From Nitrospirota bacterium (GTDB taxonomy: Bacteria; Nitrospirota; UBA9217): DNA of 64,000 nt. Positions within the stretch are counted from its first letter, which is position 1. The number at the start of each line of letters is the position of its first letter. This document shows positions 58,118 to 64,000 of this stretch, in pieces. The DNA is taken from assembly GCA_963790205.1 (NCBI GenBank), contig CAWBNQ010000001.1:512001-576000 (forward strand), read 5' to 3'. Position numbers and translations under genes: made by a program. The notes beneath the pieces were generated by a model. It ran no database searches, was not told the DNA's origin, and was given only the letters and a program-made list of their open reading frames with translations.

Positions 58118-59812
58118 TTATGCAGGGCTCGCGTTTCCCCTGTCTGCAGAAATTCCGAGAAGCCTTCTCACATACAACTGCTGTACAATCGAAAGAATGT
58201 TGCTCAGCGTGATATAGAGCAGGAGTCCCGCCGGCAGCCAGGCAAAGAGGAAAATGAAGGCGATATTCATAAACATCATGATTTTCTGCTGCTGCGGGTC
58301 CACCGTGGTCGAGGTCATCCTCATCGTAAAGATCATGCTCACGCCCATGAGCACCGGCAGGATGTAAAAAGGGTCGTAGACCGAGAGGTCCTTGATCCAG
58401 AACGAGATGAACGGCGACTGGCGAAGCTCGATGGAGACGGACAGCACGTTATACAGCGCGACGAAGAACGGAAGTTGAAGGAGCATGGGTAGGCACCCCC
58501 CGAGAGGGTTCACCTTGTGCTCCTTGTACATCTTCATCATTTCCTGGTTCATGCGCTGCGGGTCCTTCTTGTACTTTTCCTTCAGCGCCGCCAGCTGCGG
58601 CTGGAGCTTTCTCATCTCCTCCATGGCCGTGGCGCTCTTGAGCGACGGATAGAACAGGAGGGCCCTTACCACGAGTGTCAGAAGAATGATGGCGACGCCA
58701 TAGTTGCCGGTAAACCGGTGAAACTGGCGCAGAAGCCAGAACATGGGTTTGGCCAGGATGCCAAACCAGCCGTAGTCGACCAACCGCTCAAGGCCATGGC
58801 CCTCGGTCTGAAGCAGCGTATAGCTCTTCGGTCCGGCGTAGATGGAGAACGCATGCGATTCGGCCTTCTCTTTGACGGTAAGGTCGGTCGTCAGAAGGTC
58901 GCCCACTTCACTCGGGGCAGGGGTTTTCTTGGCGGTGATGATACCGTAGTCCCCGTAGAGCATGGTGGCCGTGAAGTACTTGTCCTCTAGGCCGAACCAC
59001 TCGATAACGCCGCTGTGTTGCACCTCGCCCTTGATGCTTGCGAACTTGTCCGCCGCCGTCTTGCCGTCCACCTGCGAAACCAGGCCCACGCGGCCTTTGG
59101 CGTCCCGGCTCAGCTTGTCCGAGATCCCGAAGTCCGTGCCGAGAAACAGATCATAACCGTCAAGACCATGCGTCTTGATCTCGACGTCGATCTTGTAGTT
59201 GCTGTTATAAAAGGTCAACCGCTTCTCGATCATGATGCCCGCCGGCCCGGCGTAAGTGAGCACTAGGGTTCCCGACGGTCTGTCCTTGCCAAGCAGGACA
59301 GAGTCCCGGTCCGCGCGGTACTCCACCTGTCCCAGTTTAAACAGCTCTTTATCGAGGGGCACAATGGTCAACGGCCTGATCAGGTCCTTGGGGTCAATGC
59401 CTTCATAGGACGGCACGAGCTGCACATTGCCCAGCTCCTTTTTCGGCTGCACCTTCGGGGCCTGCCCCGTGATCTTTTTGTACAGGGCGCCCAGGCCGAC
59501 CTCGGTTTTGTCCGCTTCGCGGTAGTTCTTGAGTTCGAGACCGGTAATTACGCCCCCCGCGGTGTTCACCACTGCTTTGACCAGGTCCGTTTCGATGACG
59601 ATGTCCCTGCCTTTTGTCGCCGGTTCGATCTTCGCTGCAACAGCCTCGGGACGCTTCGTTGACGGCAGTTCCGCCTTCTGCGGTACCGTCTCCTGTTGTG
59701 CGGCTTCTGGAACAACCGGTTTCTGCGGCGGCTTGGGTGCGAAGAAGCGTACATAGACGACGAACACTATTAAGGACAGGGATAGGGCCAGTATAAATCT
59801 TCGTGTTTCCAT
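58118..59812 (-). CDS. yidC: Membrane protein insertase YidC
   Basis: YAGPK, VDYGWF, NPLGGCLP, PAGLLLY. Confidence 0.97.
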   Translation of the reverse strand: METRRFILALSLSLIVFVVYVRFFAPKPPQKPVVPEAAQQETVPQKAELPSTKRPEAVAAKIEPATKGRDIVIETDLVKAVVNTAGGVITGLELKNYREADKTEVGLGALYKKITGQAPKVQPKKELGNVQLVPSYEGIDPKDLIRPLTIVPLDKELFKLGQVEYRADRDSVLLGKDRPSGTLVLTYAGPAGIMIEKRLTFYNSNYKIDVEIKTHGLDGYDLFLGTDFGISDKLSRDAKGRVGLVSQVDGKTAADKFASIKGEVQHSGVIEWFGLEDKYFTATMLYGDYGIITAKKTPAPSEVGDLLTTDLTVKEKAESHAFSIYAGPKSYTLLQTEGHGLERLVDYGWFGILAKPMFWLLRQFHRFTGNYGVAIILLTLVVRALLFYPSLKSATAMEEMRKLQPQLAALKEKYKKDPQRMNQEMMKMYKEHKVNPLGGCLPMLLQLPFFVALYNVLSVSIELRQSPFISFWIKDLSVYDPFYILPVLMGVSMIFTMRMTSTTVDPQQQKIMMFMNIAFIFLFAWLPAGLLLYITLSNILSIVQQLYVRRLLGISADRGNASPA

Positions 59813-59849
59813 GAATCCTCCGGAATCATTTACCCCGTTAGAAAGTTGC

Positions 59850-60146
59850 CTAGTGCGGGCGTGTGTGCGTATTGGAACCCGAAGACGATAGCGCCAACTC
59901 CCGGTCTATGCCGGCTTCAGAGCCCGGCTTTCCAACGGGGTCAACGGGGTCGTAGCCGCCGGGATGAAAGGGATGACACTTTGCGAGCCGTACCAGCGTC
60001 ATCCGGATCGCGGTCATCGTACTCTTGCGTGAAAAGGCTTCGGCTGCATATTCCGAGCAGGTCGGAGTAAACCGGCAGGTCGGCGGCAAGAGGGGGGAAA
60101 TATAGCGCCGGTACAGTCCGATGGTGTCGATAAAAAACGTTTTCAT
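59850..60146 (-). CDS. yidD: Membrane protein insertion efficiency factor
   Basis: CRFTPTCSEY, KCHPFHPGGYDPV. Confidence 0.95.
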   Translation of the reverse strand: MKTFFIDTIGLYRRYISPLLPPTCRFTPTCSEYAAEAFSRKSTMTAIRMTLVRLAKCHPFHPGGYDPVDPVGKPGSEAGIDRELALSSSGSNTHTRPH

Positions 60147-60511
60147 GGTGCTATGCCTTCCGCCTTCCGGCTGCGAAGCGTGGCGCGCTGAAGGACCGTC
60201 TCGACGGCCTTCAGGATTTGTTCATATCCGGCGGAGTAAAGCTCCCGCCGTGCTACAAAAACCAGGTCGTAACCGGACGACTGATCTTTCAACAGCTTCA
60301 TAATACAGGCCCGGATCCGTCGTTTCAGCCGGTTTCTCTTGACGGCGTTTGCCAGCCTTTTGCTGACCGAGATCCCGACCCTGAAATTCCCCCTATCGTT
60401 CCCGGCATAAAAAAGAGAAAGACCGTCAGCCGACAGTCTTTTTCCCTTCATGACAGAAACGAATTCTTTATTTTTTCTTATCCGTTCGTTCTTTCGGTAT
60501 GCGTAGGGCAT
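60143..60511 (-). CDS. rnpA: RNase P protein component
   Basis: RVGISVSKR..NAVKRNRLKR. Confidence 0.95.
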   Translation of the reverse strand: MPYAYRKNERIRKNKEFVSVMKGKRLSADGLSLFYAGNDRGNFRVGISVSKRLANAVKRNRLKRRIRACIMKLLKDQSSGYDLVFVARRELYSAGYEQILKAVETVLQRATLRSRKAEGIAP

Positions 60512-60531
60512 CGCTCACATCCCGCAGAGCG

Positions 60532-60669
60532 TTATACCGCGAGACGCTTTCTTCCCTTGGCCCTGCGGCGGTTGATGACGTTCCTGCCCGTGGCGGAGCT
60601 CATCCTCTTCCTGAAACCCTGCGCCCGCTTCTGCTTGAGATTGCTCTTTTGTGCTGTAGTTTCAGACAT
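60532..60669 (-). CDS. rpmH: 50S ribosomal protein L34
   Basis: GFRKRM...[16 protein letters not shown]; synteny with rnpA. Confidence 0.93.
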   Translation of the reverse strand: MSETTAQKSNLKQKRAQGFRKRMSSATGRNVINRRRAKGRKRLAV

Positions 60670-61019
60670 CGTCCAACTCCTTGTGATTAGTGATGAATAG
60701 GCGGGTATTATAAGACAAAACGCAAATATGTCAAGCAAAAAAACCGGTTTTGGCCGCGCTTGGATTTTTTGGCATCATGCATTACGCATGTGAAAAAAGG
60801 AGCGATGACCTTGGTACGGGCGCCGTCCTATTCAACGCCGCAGGCCAAAGAAAAGCACTTCGAGCCTGTTCAAAGCCCGTTATTTTGTTCTTGAACAAGC
60901 CTGTTGTCCGTCCCCTTTAGTTCCCGCGCGAGCCCTCGCGCAAGACTAATAATTGACTTGCTTGTCCTTTTTTGTGATAATATATAAAATATATTTTCTT
61001 CTGGGGGAGGTCTTTTGCC

Positions 61020-61316
61020 ATGGAAAAGGTCTTTCTGGCTTTGAGCGTGTCATCCATCTTTGTCATGTTTTATGCCTTGTATACCGCTCTGGTCCTGAGA
61101 AATAAAGTGCCGGGAGGGAAGGTAAAATCCACTTGGGGATTTTTGACGATGCTTATTGTGATCTTTACGGCAGGCTACCTTACGACCCCCTTTTTTCGTC
61201 TCCTGTCGCAGGAGATCAAGGATCTGCTGGTGGGCGTCATTTTTCTTGCCGGCGCCGTTTTTGTTGTTATCGTGATCAAGCTGTTCTATAAGATCGTCGA
61301 GGACCTTGGTCTATGA
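61020..61316 (+). CDS. Small 3-TM membrane protein
   Basis: RBS GGGGGAGG; hydrophobic segments. Confidence 0.7.
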   Translation: MEKVFLALSVSSIFVMFYALYTALVLRNKVPGGKVKSTWGFLTMLIVIFTAGYLTTPFFRLLSQEIKDLLVGVIFLAGAVFVVIVIKLFYKIVEDLGL

Positions 61317-61573
61317 GCCCTGTTCCAAAAGAACATGTTGATCAGATGCGCAACGTTATAAAAGAGGTCCTGGGCGGCAGCGCAAGTGATATATTTCTCA
61401 AGCGGCTCGACCCGATCCTGAATGACTGGGCTGCGGGCACCACCAGCGCTGCCCAAGCCTGCGAAAAGGTTCAGAAGACCGTTGGTCTCTTCTTTGATGC
61501 GGACAAGGCCCGAGAGATCGGTTATCGCTGTGCGTCGATTGTCATGAAAGAATCCGCCACACCGAAGAAATAA
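61313..61573 (+). CDS. Hypothetical protein
   Basis: ATGA-coupled to the upstream gene. Confidence 0.6.
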   Translation: MSPVPKEHVDQMRNVIKEVLGGSASDIFLKRLDPILNDWAAGTTSAAQACEKVQKTVGLFFDADKAREIGYRCASIVMKESATPKK

Positions 61574-61589
61574 CTAAGGTTTCCCGATC

Positions 61590-62285
61590 TTGATAACCGC
61601 TCAACAACCATTGCCTTCGAACTTTTTTCCCGTCCCCGCCGTTCTGTTGCTCGGCCCTACCGGCGTCGGAAAAAGCCCGCTCGGCGATGCGATCGCGCGA
61701 AACGGCCTGTTCGGCCGACGATGCCATCACCTTGATTTCGGGTTGGAATTGAGGGGCGCTGTTTCGCGTGCAGATCTGTCTTCTGCCTACTCGTCGAAAG
61801 AACTCCATTTCATTCACGGCGTGCTCGAACAAGGACTCTTGCTCGAAAATGAACACTTTCCGCTTGCCGAAAAGATATTCGGTCTGTTCCTAGACCGGGC
61901 AGGATTTGCCTCCCTTGATCTGCTTATTCTGAACGGCATCCCCCGCCACACGGGCCAGTCAAAAGATATCGCGAGCATTGCCCGGATTCATGCTCTCATT
62001 GTCCTTGATTGCACCGCGGATGACGTGTTCCATCGCATCCGGGACAATGTCGGGGGGGACAGGGTGGAACGACTTGACGATGATAAGAAGTTAATAGCAA
62101 AAAAATTGGAAATATTCAGGGAAAGAACTGCGCCGCTTGTCGATTACTATTCACAAGACGACTGTCGTATCTATCGAGTGAACGTATCGGCTACGACGAC
62201 CACGGAACAAGCGTATCAAAGCTTGTCATCGCTTGCCGCCGCTCACCCACCAGTCTCCCTTGTCGCTGAACCACCACAGCGATGA
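61590..62285 (+). CDS. Adenylate-kinase-like nucleoside monophosphate kinase
   Basis: LLGPTGVGKS, G.ELR, ILNGIPR, R.DD, T.PLVDYY. Confidence 0.8.
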   Translation: MITAQQPLPSNFFPVPAVLLLGPTGVGKSPLGDAIARNGLFGRRCHHLDFGLELRGAVSRADLSSAYSSKELHFIHGVLEQGLLLENEHFPLAEKIFGLFLDRAGFASLDLLILNGIPRHTGQSKDIASIARIHALIVLDCTADDVFHRIRDNVGGDRVERLDDDKKLIAKKLEIFRERTAPLVDYYSQDDCRIYRVNVSATTTTEQAYQSLSSLAAAHPPVSLVAEPPQR

Positions 62286-62801
62286 ATCTGTGTCCAGGAT
62301 TGTCTTTGCCAGTTCCCGCGCCGCGTCCGTTTGAAGCCGTTTCAGGGAGAATTCAAGCCATTCGTCGGCATACTTGTTGCCGAGGTCCTTGTATTCCTTG
62401 AGCGCAAGGATGAATTCCAGTTGGTCCGCATCGCGCGCTAATCGTGCTTCCTCGGTTTCGCCTTGGCTGAACTCCAGAATCAATTCCTTAATCTCATTGC
62501 CGAAGGGCAGTGTTTGCGCCAGGTCTTCGACCGCCCTTTTCTCATTCGCTTCCACGTACTTTTTATTCACGTAATTGAGATCGCCGGTCCGCGCCTCCGG
62601 CAGATCGTGGAACAGGCACATTTTGATCAACCGGTCAACATCGATATTTTTTCCCAGTCTGCCGAGTGCATATCCGATGCACGTGGTCCGGAAGATATGT
62701 TCCGCAACCGACTCCGCCCCGGAGCCGAGAAACTGAAACCCGCTTCGCGGCGTGCGCTTGAGCATTCCCGTTTCAAATAAAAAATTAGCGATGTTTTTCA
62801 T
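62226..62801 (-). CDS. HD-domain phosphohydrolase (YfbR/HDDC2-like)
   Basis: LKRTPRSG, ESVAEH, FHDLPEARTGD, DADQLE. Confidence 0.9.
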   Translation of the reverse strand: MKNIANFLFETGMLKRTPRSGFQFLGSGAESVAEHIFRTTCIGYALGRLGKNIDVDRLIKMCLFHDLPEARTGDLNYVNKKYVEANEKRAVEDLAQTLPFGNEIKELILEFSQGETEEARLARDADQLEFILALKEYKDLGNKYADEWLEFSLKRLQTDAARELAKTILDTDSSLWWFSDKGDWWVSGGKR

Positions 62802-62899
62802 AACAGGGCTTTATACCACGAATTCCAGTATCTGTAAATATTATCTTGAAAAGTGATCATTAATGAGGAGATCCTTGAGAAACACCAGGATTGTAATGA

Positions 62900-63140
62900 T
62901 GATAAAAAAAGAGGTTGTTCCACAGTTTTGTTTTGCTTTAATTACTATTAATATATATAAATAAAATTAGTAGCAGTAGTAGTAAGCAATGTGAATATGT
63001 TGGAACCGCAAAGAAGACCTTGAAAAGGAACGAAAAAAAAGAATAGATAAACTGTCGGTTTGCTTGTGCGCGAAAACGGGGCGCCCTGTTAATATCCGGG
63101 AACTCCTCGTTTTACACACTTTATGAAACAGGAGTTCACA
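62900..63140. promoter_or_regulatory. Probable chromosomal replication origin (DnaA-box-like sites, DnaA-trios, AT-rich DUE)
   Basis: Minus strand: ATATTCACA-TTGC-TTACTACTACTGCTACTA-ATTTTATTTATATATATTAATA. Further degenerate boxes: TGTTCCACA, TTTTACACA. Confidence 0.7.
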
Positions 63141-63151
63141 GGGAGTTGTTA

Positions 63152-63505
63152 TTAACCCGGAGGCCAGGAAAAATGACGGCCCGACAGGACATGGAGATGA
63201 ATGTGAAATACGGTCTGCCCGGCGCCGGCGCCGTTGTTGATGACCATCCGGTATCCCTTCGAGTCCAGCCCCCTGTCCTCAGCAATTTTTCTTGCAGTCA
63301 GGAAAAGATGGCCGATCAGGTCTCTGTCGGATTCGGTCATGCTATGAATGTCGGGAATATGTTTTTTTGGAACGATGAGAGTGTGGACGGGCGCCTGCGG
63401 GTTCACATCCTCGAAGGCGGTCACGAGATCATCTTCGTAAACGATTTTGGAAGGGATTTTTTTCGCGATGATCCTGCAGAAAATGCAGCCTGGATCGGAG
63501 CTCAC
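63152..63505 (-). CDS. hinT: Histidine triad nucleotide-binding protein
   Basis: [20 protein letters not shown]. Confidence 0.93.
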   Translation of the reverse strand: MSSDPGCIFCRIIAKKIPSKIVYEDDLVTAFEDVNPQAPVHTLIVPKKHIPDIHSMTESDRDLIGHLFLTARKIAEDRGLDSKGYRMVINNGAGAGQTVFHIHLHVLSGRHFSWPPG

Positions 63506-63852
63506 TTGCTCCCCCCCCTTTTTTTTTCAGAAAAGCTTCTGAAGAAGCAGCTCCGCTCTCCGGTGTGGCATGCGGACCCCGTCTGCTCCACCTTGACCAG
63601 AAGCGTGTCCTGATCGCAATCGTAGAGGATGTCCTTGACGCGCTGGACATGGCCCGACGTTTCCCCCTTCTGCCAGAACTTCTGGCGTGACCGGCTCCAG
63701 AACCAGGTGAGGCCCGTATCGACTGTTCTACGCACGGACTCCGCGTTCATGTATGCGACCATCAACACCTCACCGCTCCGCCAGTCCTGGACGACGGCGG
63801 GTATCAGGCCTTTTTCATCGAATTTCAAGTTTTCGGGAATCTTCATATTCAT
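63502..63852 (-). CDS. hisI: Phosphoribosyl-AMP cyclohydrolase
   Basis: WSRSRQ.FW.KGETSG, DCDQD, ACHTG..SCF. Confidence 0.95.
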   Translation of the reverse strand: MNMKIPENLKFDEKGLIPAVVQDWRSGEVLMVAYMNAESVRRTVDTGLTWFWSRSRQKFWQKGETSGHVQRVKDILYDCDQDTLLVKVEQTGSACHTGERSCFFRSFSEKKRGGSK

Positions 63853-63907
63853 GAAAGTTTTTTATCATAAATCGGGGAAAATGTCCAGAGGAGAGGGCGC
63901 CGTAAAT

Positions 63908-63940
63908 AAAAAACCGGTTCTCTGAACAGAACCGGTTTTT
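63908..63940 (-). terminator. Intrinsic terminator
   Basis: AAAAACCGGTTCT-CTGAAC-AGAACCGGTTTTT. Confidence 0.8.
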
Positions 63941-64000
63941 GTGATATTCGCAGGTTGAGCCATACGCAGCTTAAATGAAAAGATTGATCTGAGAATCAGC

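Overview
A 64-kb bacterial chromosome segment, ~55-60% GC by eye with AT-rich accessory patches. The gene set (triheme c7 cytochrome, sigma54 regulators, large PurL) suggests an anaerobic Nitrospirota/Desulfobacterota-like organism; this is inference. From left to right it holds: purL; a decaying defence/mobile island (IS1182, MNT-HEPN pair, HNH gene, IS4-split HEPN-like gene, broken cytosine methylase, cargo-carrying IS1595); housekeeping and accessory genes; a PAS/GAF kinase with a sigma54 activator; a nest of three mobile elements built around an AACCTATAG repeat array; and a ~13-kb operon. After the operon come an integrase-less attC cassette array, the yidC-yidD-rnpA-rpmH block without dnaA, a probable oriC unwinding element, and hinT/hisI. 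The operon is the main finding. It joins archaeal (Methanosarcinales-type) coenzyme M biosynthesis genes (cysteate synthase, fused ComDE) with two MtaA/MtsA-like methyltransferases, a corrinoid protein, its ASKHA activator, an MtrH-like methyltransferase and an HdrDE-like pair. It is a candidate bacterial CoM-linked methyl-transfer system with no mcr in the window. All family calls come from motif recognition; no database search was run.
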